Shown here: positions 1-9,783 of the stretch, one piece after another
Numbering within the stretch: position 1 is the first letter of the stretch
Layout of the letters: each line of letters opens with the position of its first letter
Assembly: GCA_965208575.1 (NCBI GenBank)
Contig: CBDBOV010000005.1
Coordinates: forward strand, 1,056,001 to 1,120,000
Direction of reading: 5' to 3'
Source of the DNA: Spirochaetia bacterium
GTDB taxonomy: Bacteria; Spirochaetota; Spirochaetia; SZUA-6; Bin103
Length of the DNA stretch: 64,000 nucleotides
Made by a program: the position numbers and the translations under genes
Notes under the pieces: model-generated
Database searches by the model: none
Told to the model about the DNA's origin: nothing
The model's input: the letters and a program-made list of their open reading frames with translations, nothing else

Positions 1-1017
1 GCAAGGGTGGGGCGCGCGGTCATTCCCCACATGACGCGCGATGCCCGCGCGGCGTGCGCCGGCGCGGACGCGGTGGTGTTCACCCCGTTGGGGATGGTGG
101 CCCATCACATCGCCGAACAGCGCGGCATTCCCGCGTTCCTGGCAGCCCTGCAACCGATCACGCCGACCACCCGGTTCCCGAGCGTGGTGGCGCCGGCCGG
201 GTTGCGTCTCGGCCGCGGTTACAACCTGTTGAGCCATCTCGCCACCGAGCAGGCGTTCTGGCTGCCGTGGCGCCGCCAGTTCAATCGCGTGCGCCGCGAA
301 CAGTTCGACCTGCCGCCGATGCGCTTCGGCGGCGTCGCCCGGCAACTGCGCCGCCAGGGTACGCCGCACCTGTACGGGTTCAGCCCGCTGGTCGTGCCGC
401 CGCCGGACGACTGGCCCGGATGGGCGCACGTCACCGGCTATTGGTTTCCGGCCACGCGCGACCTGTGGGGTGTGCCGGAGGAGTTGCAGCGGTTCCTGGA
501 CGCCGGTCCGGCGCCGGTGTGCGTCGGCTTCAGCAGTCTCAAGGTGGACGATCCGGAGGCGCTGACGCGGACCGTCATGGCGGCGTTGCGCCGCGCCGGG
601 CGGCGCGGCGTGCTGCTGCGCGGGTGGGGTGCGCTGCAGCCGGGGCAGCACGGCCCCGACATGCTGGTGATCGACTCGGCGCCCCACGACTACCTGTTCG
701 AGCACGTTGCCGCGGTGGTGCATCCGGGCGGCGCCGGTACCAGCGCGGCGTCCCTGCGCGCCGGCATACCGTCGGTGGTGGTGCCCGGCTTCTCCGACCA
801 GTTCTTCTGGGCCCAGCGCCTGGTCGCCCTCGGCGTGGCGCCGCCGCCGCTGCGCTGGCGCAATCTCGATGCCGCCGTGCTCGGCCATGCCATCGAGCGT
901 GCCGCCACCGACACGGCAATCCGGCAGGCGGCCCAGGCCGCGCGCCGCCGACTGCGTGCCGAGGACGGCGTCGGACGGGCCGTCTCCACCATTCAGCACT
1001 ACTTGGAAGCGGCCTAG
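1..1017 (+). CDS. GT1 family glycosyltransferase (sterol/lipid glucosyltransferase-like), 5' truncated by window edge
   Basis: LYGFSP, VTGYWF, VGFSS, HPGGAGT and FSDQFFWA motifs of the UGT51/GtfA-like GT1 C-terminal domain; paralogous to the gene at 26096-27379. Confidence 0.85.
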   Translation, partial: ARVGRAVIPHMTRDARAACAGADAVVFTPLGMVAHHIAEQRGIPAFLAALQPITPTTRFPSVVAPAGLRLGRGYNLLSHLATEQAFWLPWRRQFNRVRREQFDLPPMRFGGVARQLRRQGTPHLYGFSPLVVPPPDDWPGWAHVTGYWFPATRDLWGVPEELQRFLDAGPAPVCVGFSSLKVDDPEALTRTVMAALRRAGRRGVLLRGWGALQPGQHGPDMLVIDSAPHDYLFEHVAAVVHPGGAGTSAASLRAGIPSVVVPGFSDQFFWAQRLVALGVAPPPLRWRNLDAAVLGHAIERAATDTAIRQAAQAARRRLRAEDGVGRAVSTIQHYLEAA

Positions 1018-1070
1018 CCGCGCGTGGCCACACTCCCGCTGCATTCGAGCGGCGTGCCGGGCGGGCGCCG

Positions 1071-1838
1071 TCAGGCGCGCAGGTGAGTCCGGTCGCCCTC
1101 GAGGTTCAGCGTCAGCAACTTGAGGTACCATCGCTCACCGGTGAGCGCGGACCACAGCGTAAAGCGGCGTTGCGCCGCAACCCGGCACCCGTACAGGGTC
1201 TGGGTGCGTCCGGTGATGAAGTCTTGATTGTGCGGCTCCGCGATCTGCCCGTGCAGGCCGCGTATTCCCCGCTCGCACAGGTGCCGGATCAGGGCGTCGC
1301 CGAGGCGTACCATGCACAGGTAGATCAGGAACCCGTCGCGCTGCAACTCGGCGTCCACGCCGAGGTGGGCGTGCGCCGGGAACTGCCTCAGGTCCGCCTC
1401 CGGAACCTCACGCCAGCCGCGCGACAGCGCCCACCACAGGGTGCGGTAGGTGGCGATCCGCCGATAGCGGCCGGTGAGCAGCCGCGCCATCACCCGCACC
1501 GCGAGTTGCGGGCCGTAGCGCAGCAGCACCATGCGCTGGTAGCGGCGGGTGTCCTTGCAGCCCATGATGTAGCCGACCACGCGCCCGGCGCGCTCGGCGA
1601 CGAAGCAGGACTCCGGCTCGTAGCGCAGGTAGTAGTCCATGAACAGCTTGAGCAGCACCGGCTGGTCCTCGAAGAACGCGGCGAGAGGCCGCCCGCGCAG
1701 CGCGGTGGCGGCGATGATCGCCGCGATGCGGCGCCGGTCGCCGGCCCGGTAGGCACGGATGCGAAGGCGGCGCGCCGACGGCGCCGCGGACGCCCTGCGG
1801 TCCTGTTCCCAGACCCGGCTCGCCGATCGTTTGCTCAT
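1071..1838 (-). CDS. GNAT-family N-acetyltransferase
   Basis: IRAYRAGD, YYLRYEPESCFVAE-GRVVGYI and FPAHAHLGVD motifs; start codon uncertain (ORF extends to 1913). Confidence 0.7.
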   Translation of the reverse strand: MSKRSASRVWEQDRRASAAPSARRLRIRAYRAGDRRRIAAIIAATALRGRPLAAFFEDQPVLLKLFMDYYLRYEPESCFVAERAGRVVGYIMGCKDTRRYQRMVLLRYGPQLAVRVMARLLTGRYRRIATYRTLWWALSRGWREVPEADLRQFPAHAHLGVDAELQRDGFLIYLCMVRLGDALIRHLCERGIRGLHGQIAEPHNQDFITGRTQTLYGCRVAAQRRFTLWSALTGERWYLKLLTLNLEGDRTHLRA

Positions 1839-1912
1839 GGCCGCCGCCAGCATACCACTCATCACCGCGTTGCCGTCCGCCCATGCGCGGGCGCAGCGCG
1901 CGCGGTGCCGCA

Positions 1913-4315
1913 ATGACCGGCGCCGGCACCCGTCCGCCGCGCACCGCCGCGCAGCGGGCGTTCGAGGTGGTCGCCCGCTCCGTGGCCCGCCACGGCACGG
2001 CGGTGCTGGCGGGCGTGGCCCTGGTTACCGCGGCCGCCGCCTGGCAGGCCGCGCGCATCGGCGTGGATGCCAACATCGCCGGCCTCCTGCCGCAGGATTC
2101 GCAGACGCGCCGGCTGATTGACGAGTACGGCGACACTACCGCGGCCAGCGAACTGCTGGTCGTCGGGGTGAGTCATCCTGAACTGCTGAGCCTGCCGCAG
2201 CTTGCCCGGGTGGGCGAGATCGACCGGCGCATAGCCGCACTGCCGGAAGTGGTCGGCAGCGTGACGCCGTTCAACGTGGTGACCTTCCAGCGGCGGCGCG
2301 GCGGCCTGGTGCTCGGGCCGCTGGCAGCCGGCGGCACGGCGCCGGCCAGCGCGGCCGCCCTGGCGGAGTTCGATGGCCGGCGGGAGGCGGCTCCGGACGT
2401 GCTGTCGGCGCTGCTCGATCCCGATATCGCCGCGGCGAGCATGATCTACTCGGTCGCGGTGCAGGGCGACTACGCGGACTTCCTGGCCCGGGTGCACGAC
2501 ATTCTCGCGCAACACGCGGCCGGGCTGTCGACGGCGCTCGGCGGGTGGCTTCCGCTCTACGAGGCTACCAGGCGCTACATCACCGGCGAGGTCCCGCTGC
2601 TGTCCGGACTGGCCGCACTCATCACCCTGCTGATGTACCTCGTGAGCTTCGCATCGCTGCGCGCGGTCATCCTGCCGCTGCTGACCATCTGCACCGCACT
2701 GCTGTGGACCTTCGGCCTGATGTCGCTGGCCGGCGTGCCGCTGAGCATGGCCAGCCTCATGCTGCCGCCACTGATCTTCGCGCTCGGCAGTTCCTACAGC
2801 ATCCACCTGCTGCACCGCTACTTCAGTACCGCGCGGGCGCGCGCCGCGGAGGCCGGGCCGGGCGGCGGGCCGGCGCCGCGGGCCACCCGCGCGCTGCGCG
2901 GCGTGGAGGTGGCGCGCGCCACCGCCGGCGTCAGCCAGACCATCATGCTCGCCGCTCTCACCACGGCCGCCGGCTTCGCGAGCCTGCTGCTCAGCGGCAT
3001 GCAGCGCGTGCGCGAGTTCGGGCTGTTCGCGGCACTCGGCATCGTGATGTGCGCACTGGTCACGATGCTGGTCTACCCGGCGGTACTGGCACGTTTGCCG
3101 CTGCCGGCGCCGCGCCTGCGGGACCGCCTGGAGAGCGGCTGGCTGGCGGCGCAGGTGATGCGCCTGCGCCGCCTGGTCCCGCGCCGGCCGCGCTGGGTGT
3201 ACGCGTTCCTGGCGGTGCTGGCGGGCGCGCTGGCCGTCTCCGCCGCCAATCTGAGCTATCAGACCGACGTAGCCGGCTTCTTTCGCGGATCGGTGGCGGC
3301 GGTGGAGGACAACCGCCTCCTGGTGCGGCGTTTTGGAAGCTACGTCGACCTGAACCTGACCGTCTCCGTGCCGGCATCGTCGGGCTTGCCGAGCGCCGAA
3401 ATCCTGCGCCGGCTCGACCGATTCGCGAGCGTGATGAGCGAGCATCCCGACGTGAGCCACGTGACCTCGATCACCGCCTACGCGCGGTCTCTGAACCAGG
3501 TTCTTACCGGGTCGCGGGAGTACCCGGACAACCGCGCGGTCGAGCAGCTCTTTCAGCGGCTGCTCGCGCTCGCGGCCGCGGATGGCACAGACCTCGGCGG
3601 GCTGCTCGACCTGGAGCGCCGGCGCGTGACCACGCGCATCTGGGTGCGCGACGGCGCCACCGGGTGGTTGCTGTCGGAGTCGGCGCTGAGCGCTCTGGTC
3701 GCCTCCGTGGAGGACACCGGGCGGCGCATCTTCGCCGCCGAGGCGGAGCCCGCGGTGTGGGGCTGGAGCATGGTCACCCTGCGCGTGGCGGAGCTGCTCA
3801 CTCGCGAGCAGTTCACCTCCACGGTGTTGTCTGCGCTGCTCGTGCTGCTCATCACCTCCGCGGCGTTTCGTTCGCTGCGCTTCGGATTGCTGACACTGCT
3901 TCCGCTGGTCACGGCGATCATGGTTACGTTTGTGGTGATGGCGGTTGCCGGGATTCCGTTCGACGTACTCACCGTCAGTTTCGCGGGCGTGGCGATCGGG
4001 GTAGGAGTGGATGACTCCATCCACTTCCTGTTGCACTACCGGCGGGCGGCGCGGCGCGACCCGCACACCGCCGTCGAGGTAGCGATGCAACACGCCGGGC
4101 GCGCGATCCTGATCACCACGGCGGCAATCGTGGCCGGCCTGCTGGCGCTCGCGGTCTCCCGCTTCCTGCCGGTGGTCTACCTGGGCATGCTGATCTCGGT
4201 CACGCTGATCGCCGCCACGTTCGGCACCCTGGTCCTGGTGCCGCCGCTGCTCGGCGGCCGGGGGCGCCGCCGTCTGCCGGGCCGCGCCGCGCAGCGCCAG
4301 GCGGCGGGCTCATGA
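1913..4315 (+). CDS. MMPL/RND-family lipid exporter
   Basis: Two repeats of a TM helix, periplasmic domain and TM bundle; GSSYSIH and GVGVDDSIHF motifs. Confidence 0.85.
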   Translation: MTGAGTRPPRTAAQRAFEVVARSVARHGTAVLAGVALVTAAAAWQAARIGVDANIAGLLPQDSQTRRLIDEYGDTTAASELLVVGVSHPELLSLPQLARVGEIDRRIAALPEVVGSVTPFNVVTFQRRRGGLVLGPLAAGGTAPASAAALAEFDGRREAAPDVLSALLDPDIAAASMIYSVAVQGDYADFLARVHDILAQHAAGLSTALGGWLPLYEATRRYITGEVPLLSGLAALITLLMYLVSFASLRAVILPLLTICTALLWTFGLMSLAGVPLSMASLMLPPLIFALGSSYSIHLLHRYFSTARARAAEAGPGGGPAPRATRALRGVEVARATAGVSQTIMLAALTTAAGFASLLLSGMQRVREFGLFAALGIVMCALVTMLVYPAVLARLPLPAPRLRDRLESGWLAAQVMRLRRLVPRRPRWVYAFLAVLAGALAVSAANLSYQTDVAGFFRGSVAAVEDNRLLVRRFGSYVDLNLTVSVPASSGLPSAEILRRLDRFASVMSEHPDVSHVTSITAYARSLNQVLTGSREYPDNRAVEQLFQRLLALAAADGTDLGGLLDLERRRVTTRIWVRDGATGWLLSESALSALVASVEDTGRRIFAAEAEPAVWGWSMVTLRVAELLTREQFTSTVLSALLVLLITSAAFRSLRFGLLTLLPLVTAIMVTFVVMAVAGIPFDVLTVSFAGVAIGVGVDDSIHFLLHYRRAARRDPHTAVEVAMQHAGRAILITTAAIVAGLLALAVSRFLPVVYLGMLISVTLIAATFGTLVLVPPLLGGRGRRRLPGRAAQRQAAGS

Positions 4316-4983
4316 AGCTGAGCATCGTGATTCCGGCGCACAACGAGGAGCGCGTGATCGGCGCCGCGCTGAGCGCAATCCGGACGCAATGCCCCCCGGC
4401 GCACGAAGTGATCGTGGTGTGCAATGGTTGCCGAGACGCGACCGCGGCGCGCGCGCGGGCCGGGGGCGCCCGCGTGGTGGTGACCGAGCACAGCGGGGTG
4501 AGCCTGGCGCGCAACCTGGGCGCCGCGCACGCGACCGGCGACACGCTGCTGTTCGTGGACGCGGACGTGCGCCTCGCGCCGGGGCTGACCGGCGCCATAC
4601 GCGCCGCGGCGTCGGTTCGCCGGGCCACGGTCGGCACGGTGCGCGTGGTGCCCGACTGCCGGCGCTACCTGTTGCACTACGCGGTGGCGGCGTTGATGAT
4701 CCGCTCGTTGCGCGCCGCCTGCAACGGGCTGATCTTCTGCTCGGCGCCGCTGTTCGCGGCGGCCGGCGGGTTCCCGGAGGGAATCCAGGTCGGTGAGGAC
4801 AACCTGTTCATGCGCCGCGCGCGCCGGGTGCCGGGCACCCGCTACCGGTTCATCCCGCGTCCGCCGGCAATCTCGGACACGCGCCGGCTGCGGCGCTGGG
4901 GCAGCCTGCGGCTGCTGTACACCTGGCTGCGCGCCATGGTCGCGCGCGACAAGCGCTCGGTAGGGTACGCCGCCGTCCGCTGA
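4312..4983 (+). CDS. GT2 family glycosyltransferase
   Basis: LSIVIPAHNEE, ARNLGA, FVDAD (DxD), GED and RR motifs; ATGA overlap with the MMPL stop. Confidence 0.85.
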   Translation: MKLSIVIPAHNEERVIGAALSAIRTQCPPAHEVIVVCNGCRDATAARARAGGARVVVTEHSGVSLARNLGAAHATGDTLLFVDADVRLAPGLTGAIRAAASVRRATVGTVRVVPDCRRYLLHYAVAALMIRSLRAACNGLIFCSAPLFAAAGGFPEGIQVGEDNLFMRRARRVPGTRYRFIPRPPAISDTRRLRRWGSLRLLYTWLRAMVARDKRSVGYAAVR

Positions 4984-5088
4984 GCCAGGCAAACGCGGTG
5001 GGCCTGCCGCCGGCGCGGATGTCGCGCGCAGGCTTGCCAGTGCGCCGCCGTGCCCGCCATCCTTAGACCACTGATGGAGGTGGATTTC

Positions 5089-6267
5089 ATGAGCAAGATT
5101 GCAAGGGCGCTCGGGATCGCCTGCGCGGCGCTGTCCTGTTGCGCGGCGCTTGCCGTTGCGACGCCGATCAAGGTGGGCGTGCTGCTGCCCTCCTCGGGCG
5201 TGTACGCCGGGCTGGGCAACGACCAGACGCTGGCGCTGGAACTGGGCTTCGACGAGTTCGGGCGCGCGGTGGCCGGCCGCGAAATCGAGCTGGTATACGC
5301 CGACAGCGAGGCGAAGCCGAGCACCGGACTCGCCCAGATCAAGAAGCTGGTATTGCGCGACCGCGTCGACGTGGTGGTCGGCATCATCTCATCGGCGGTA
5401 GCCGGAGCGGTGCGCGACTTCATCCATAACGCGCAGGTTCCGCTGGTGATCACCAACGCCGGCAACGACCACCTGACCGGCGAGCAGTGCAGCCCGTGGA
5501 TCATGCGCAGCTCGTTCTCCAATGCACAGATCAGCCGGGAGATGGGCCCGTGGATGGCGGCCGCGGGCTACCGGAACGTGTTTCTGATGGCGTTCGACTA
5601 CGCCGCCGGACACCAGGCCATGGACGCGTTCCGGGGCGGCTTCCTCGCCGCCGGCGGCACCATCGCCGGCGAGGAGTACCCGCCGCTCGGCGAAACCGAG
5701 GACTTCGGACCCTACTTGGCCAAGATCAGGGCCGCCGGGCCCGACGCCGCCTACGTGTTCTTTGCCGGCGGTCCGGCGATCAAGTTCGTCAAGGAGTGGG
5801 CCGCGTTCGGGCTGCATGGCGAGGTGCAACTGGCGGGCGCGGGCTGGCTCAACTCCGCCCTGTACATCGACGCCCAGGGTGCCGACGCGGAAGGCACGCT
5901 GGGTATTCTCAACTACGTGCCGTCCATCGACACGGTGGAGAACCGCACGTTTCAGGAGCGCTTTCAGGCGGCGCACGGCCGTTCCGGATCGGAGTTCGGC
6001 GTCGCGGCCTACGACACGGCGCGGATGATCGTGGCAGCACTGCAGGCGACCGGCGGCAACACCGACGACAAGGCGGCGCTGGCGGCCGCCATGCGGGCGA
6101 CCACGTTCGACGGGCCGCGCGGGCCGTTCCGGATCGACCCGGCCACCAACAACGTGATCCAGAACCTGTACATCTTCGAGGTGCAGAAGCAGGGCGACGG
6201 TGTCGCGGCGGTGGTGCAGGAGGTGATTCCGCACGTCCAGGATGCCCCCAACGGCTGCTCGCTGTAG
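5089..6267 (+). CDS. ABC transporter substrate-binding protein, LivJ/leucine-binding family (possibly aromatic-acid binding)
   Basis: Signal peptide, IKVGVLLPSSG, DYAAG and GPRGPF motifs; GGAGG RBS upstream of ATG 5089. Confidence 0.88.
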   Translation: MSKIARALGIACAALSCCAALAVATPIKVGVLLPSSGVYAGLGNDQTLALELGFDEFGRAVAGREIELVYADSEAKPSTGLAQIKKLVLRDRVDVVVGIISSAVAGAVRDFIHNAQVPLVITNAGNDHLTGEQCSPWIMRSSFSNAQISREMGPWMAAAGYRNVFLMAFDYAAGHQAMDAFRGGFLAAGGTIAGEEYPPLGETEDFGPYLAKIRAAGPDAAYVFFAGGPAIKFVKEWAAFGLHGEVQLAGAGWLNSALYIDAQGADAEGTLGILNYVPSIDTVENRTFQERFQAAHGRSGSEFGVAAYDTARMIVAALQATGGNTDDKAALAAAMRATTFDGPRGPFRIDPATNNVIQNLYIFEVQKQGDGVAAVVQEVIPHVQDAPNGCSL

Positions 6268-6370
6268 GCCGGGCGGGCGCCGCCGCGCCGGTCGGGGCGG
6301 CGCGGCGCGGCGCGCGCGAACAGGCTGAGTCGGTACGGTCACCCCGTGACACGGAAGACGATGAACACCG

Positions 6371-7288
6371 ATGTACGCGCATCGCCCGCTGGCCGGCCGG
6401 TTCGGACCAGTGCTGCTTGATCCCGGTTTCCTGATCGTCCAGACCCTCAACGGGCTGCAGCTTGCGGCACTGCTGTTCCTGCTGTCGATCGGTCTGTCGG
6501 TGGTATTCGGGCTGATGAATTTCATCAACCTCGCGCATGGCACGCTGTTCATGGCCGGCGCCTACCTGGCGCTGAGCGCCATGCGCGCGTTCGACTCGTT
6601 CTGGCTCGCTCTGCTGCTCGCGCCGCTCGGCGTGGCCGTGCTCGGGGCACTGCTCTACCTGGTGCTGCTGCGCCACCTGGAGCGCGCCGACCCGATGCGC
6701 CAGGTGCTGGCTACCTTCGGCCTGATCTTCGTCGGCGTCGAACTGGTCGACCTGGTGTGGGGCTCGCTGCCGCACACCATAGCGGTACCGCCCATGCTCG
6801 CCGGCAGCAGCACCATTCTCGGCCAGGTGTATCCCACCTACCGGCTGTTCATCATCGCCCTCGGCGCGGTGCTGTTCGTGCTGCTGTACGCCGCGCTCGA
6901 GCGCACGCGCCTCGGTGCGGTGGTGCGCGCCGGGGTCGACAACCGGACCATGGTCGCGGCGCTCGGGATCAACATCGGCTCGGTGTTCTTCCTGGTGTTC
7001 TGCCTGGGCTGCCTGCTCGCCGGACTCGCGGGTGCGGTGGCGGCGCCGGTGTTCTCGATTTTTCCCGGCATGGACATGTCGGTGCTGATACTCGCCCTGA
7101 TCGTGGTGGTGCTCGGCGGCCCCGGCAGTCTGAAGGGCGTGGCCGCCGGTTCGCTGATCATCGGCGTCGTCGACACCTATGGCCAGGTGGTGGCGCCGGG
7201 CCTGGCGCGGTTGACCGTGTACGGCCTGATGGCCGCGATCCTGCTGTGCAAGCCCGCGGGCCTGATTCCCGTGCGCAGCGGAAGCTGA
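6371..7288 (+). CDS. livH: Branched-chain amino acid-type ABC permease (LivH family)
   Basis: GLSVVFGLMNFINLAHG and VVVLGGPGS motifs. Confidence 0.88.
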   Translation: MYAHRPLAGRFGPVLLDPGFLIVQTLNGLQLAALLFLLSIGLSVVFGLMNFINLAHGTLFMAGAYLALSAMRAFDSFWLALLLAPLGVAVLGALLYLVLLRHLERADPMRQVLATFGLIFVGVELVDLVWGSLPHTIAVPPMLAGSSTILGQVYPTYRLFIIALGAVLFVLLYAALERTRLGAVVRAGVDNRTMVAALGINIGSVFFLVFCLGCLLAGLAGAVAAPVFSIFPGMDMSVLILALIVVVLGGPGSLKGVAAGSLIIGVVDTYGQVVAPGLARLTVYGLMAAILLCKPAGLIPVRSGS

Positions 7289-7301
7289 CGGCGGCGGGGC
7301 C

Positions 7302-8300
7302 ATGCACAGCCGCGATCGATTGCAGCTTCCCGCCGCCGCCCTGCTGGCCGCGGTGGCGGCGGTGGTGTGGTGGCGCGCGGACTTCTTCACCATGGAGCTG
7401 CTGGCCGAGATCGCGATCCTCGCCATCTTCACCATGAGCCTGCAGCTCCTGGTCGGAACGACCGGCATGGTGTCGCTCGGTCACGCGGGATTCCTCGCCG
7501 TGGGCGCATATTCGACTGCGGCCGCGACGCTGTTCATGGGCTGGCCGCCGGCCGCCGCCCTGCTGCTGTCGGTGGCGGCAGCCGCGTTGCTGGCCGCTGT
7601 CGTAGGCGTGTTCGTGATCCGCCTTTCCGGCGTGTTCTTCATCATGATCACGCTCGCCGTGGGCCAGATGTTCCACGCCCTGTTGTTCCGCGCGAAGCTG
7701 TTCGGCGGCGACAACGGGCTGGCCGGCACGCCGCGGTTCGACCTGGCGCCGTTGGGTCTCGACGCGGGCGACTCCGGCACCTTCGCGGCACTCGCGCTGC
7801 TGTGCGCGGCGCTGGTCTACCTGCTGTTGCTGCGGCTCACCCGCTCGCCGTTCGGCATGATGCTCACCGCGATCCACCAGAATGAAAGCCGGCTCGCCTC
7901 GCTCGGCTGCCCGGTGCGGCGCTACAAGCTGGCGGCGTTCGCGGCGGCCGGCGCGGTGGCGGGAGTGGCGGGCGGGCTGACCGCCCAGCACACCGGATTC
8001 ATCTCGCCCGACCTGGCGTTCTGGACCTTCTCAGGTGAGGCGCTGATCATCGTCATTCTCGGCGGCAGCGGGTCGCTGGCCGGCGCCGCCGCCGGCGCCG
8101 CGCTGTTCGTGCTGCTGCGCGACCTGTTCAGCACGGGCTCGTTCTGGAGCGGCCTGTCCCTGCCGCCGGAATTCGCCGCGCACTGGCAACTGGTCATGGG
8201 AGTGCTGTTCATCGCGGTGGTGCTCGCGGCCCGCGACGGTCTGTACGGCCGGCTGGTGTGGCTGATCGACGCGCTGCGCGCGCGCCGCCGCACGCCGTGA
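7302..8300 (+). CDS. livM: Branched-chain amino acid-type ABC permease (LivM family)
   Basis: GTTGMVSLGHA, GGDNG, SPFG and VILGGSG motifs. Confidence 0.88.
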   Translation: MHSRDRLQLPAAALLAAVAAVVWWRADFFTMELLAEIAILAIFTMSLQLLVGTTGMVSLGHAGFLAVGAYSTAAATLFMGWPPAAALLLSVAAAALLAAVVGVFVIRLSGVFFIMITLAVGQMFHALLFRAKLFGGDNGLAGTPRFDLAPLGLDAGDSGTFAALALLCAALVYLLLLRLTRSPFGMMLTAIHQNESRLASLGCPVRRYKLAAFAAAGAVAGVAGGLTAQHTGFISPDLAFWTFSGEALIIVILGGSGSLAGAAAGAALFVLLRDLFSTGSFWSGLSLPPEFAAHWQLVMGVLFIAVVLAARDGLYGRLVWLIDALRARRRTP

Positions 8301-9052
8301 TGAGCGCAGACGCATTGCGGGCCGAGGGCCTGTACAAGTCGTTCGGGTCGCTGCGCGTGGCCGACGGCGTGTCGATACGTCTCCCCGCCGGCGGCCGCCA
8401 CGGCCTGATCGGACCCAACGGCGCCGGCAAGACGACGCTGTTCAACCTGATCACCGGCGACGTGAAGGCCGACGCGGGCCGGGTGTACGTGGGCGGTCGC
8501 GACCTGAGCGGCACCCCGCCCGACCGCCGGGCACGCGCCGGGCTGGCGCGCAGCTTCCAGCGCAACAACCTGTTCTCGGAACTTACCGTGGCAGACAACC
8601 TGGCGCTCGCGTGCGCGCTGAAGCGGCGCATCGGCCACGTATTCTGGCGCCGCGCGGCAGGCTACCCGGCGCTGCGCGAGGAGGCCGCGGAGCACGCCGC
8701 CCGGCTCGGCCTGGCGGACCGCCGCGGCGAGCGGGTGAGCTCGCTCGGCTACGGCACCCAGCGCCAGCTTGAAATCGGCCTGGCGCTGTTGCAGGAGCCG
8801 CTGGTGCTGCTGCTCGACGAACCCACCGCCGGCATGAGCCCACGGGAGACCGCTGCCATGGTCGACCTGCTCGCCGGCCTGCCGTCCGAGCTGGCGCTGG
8901 TGGTGATCGAGCACGACATGGACGTGGTGTTCGGCCTGGCCGACCGCATCACCGTGCTCGACTACGGGCGCATACTGGTCGAAGGCACGCCGGCGGAGGT
9001 GCGCGGCTCGCTCGAGGTGCGGCGTCGCTACCTCGGCGCCGCCGGCGCGTGA
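8297..9052 (+). CDS. livG: ABC ATP-binding protein (LivG family)
   Basis: Walker A GPNGAGKT, LLDEPTAG and IEHDM. Confidence 0.9.
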   Translation: MMSADALRAEGLYKSFGSLRVADGVSIRLPAGGRHGLIGPNGAGKTTLFNLITGDVKADAGRVYVGGRDLSGTPPDRRARAGLARSFQRNNLFSELTVADNLALACALKRRIGHVFWRRAAGYPALREEAAEHAARLGLADRRGERVSSLGYGTQRQLEIGLALLQEPLVLLLDEPTAGMSPRETAAMVDLLAGLPSELALVVIEHDMDVVFGLADRITVLDYGRILVEGTPAEVRGSLEVRRRYLGAAGA

Positions 9053-9059
9053 GGGCGCC

Positions 9060-9758
9060 ATGCTCCGGGTAGCGGAGATCGACGCCTACTACGGCGCGAG
9101 CCACACCCTGCAAGGGGTCAGTCTCGACGTGCCGCGCGGCAGCGTGGTGGCCCTGCTCGGCCGCAACGGCGCCGGCAAGTCGACCACCTTGAAGGCGATC
9201 ATGGGCGTGGTGCCGGTCGCGCGCGGTACGATTCGATTCGCCGGCGAGGCGATCCACCGCCTGCCGCTGCACCGGATCGCGCGCCGCGGCATCGCCTACG
9301 TGCCGGAGGAGCGCGGCATCTTCGCATCGCTGACCGTGGACGAGCACCTGGCCGTGAGCCGCCCGCGCGGCGGCGGCGAGCGCCGGTTCCCGGCCGAGAA
9401 GCTGTACGAAACCTTCCCCGCTCTCGCCGAGCGGCGCCGCCACCGCGGCAACGAGCTCAGCGGCGGCGAGCAGCAGATGCTCGCCATCGCGCGGGCGTTG
9501 CGGCAGGAGCCGCGCCTGCTGATCCTGGACGAACCCACCGAGGGCCTGGCCCCGGTGATCGTGGAGCGCATAGCGGCCGCGCTGCACACGCTCAAGCGGG
9601 ACGGCATGAGCATGCTGCTGGTGGAACAGAATTACCCGTTCGCCCTGTCGTTGGCGGAACGGATCTCCGTGCTCGGCAAGGGGCGCGTGCGCTGGCGCGG
9701 CACGGCGGACGAACTGGCCGCCACCCCCGCCGTAGCCCACGCCTGGCTGGGCGTGTGA
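9060..9758 (+). CDS. livF: ABC ATP-binding protein (LivF family)
   Basis: GRNGAGKST, LSGGEQQML, LDEPTEGLAP and VEQN. Confidence 0.9.
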   Translation: MLRVAEIDAYYGASHTLQGVSLDVPRGSVVALLGRNGAGKSTTLKAIMGVVPVARGTIRFAGEAIHRLPLHRIARRGIAYVPEERGIFASLTVDEHLAVSRPRGGGERRFPAEKLYETFPALAERRRHRGNELSGGEQQMLAIARALRQEPRLLILDEPTEGLAPVIVERIAAALHTLKRDGMSMLLVEQNYPFALSLAERISVLGKGRVRWRGTADELAATPAVAHAWLGV

Positions 9759-9783
9759 CGGAGTCGTTGCGGGCCGGCTCGCA

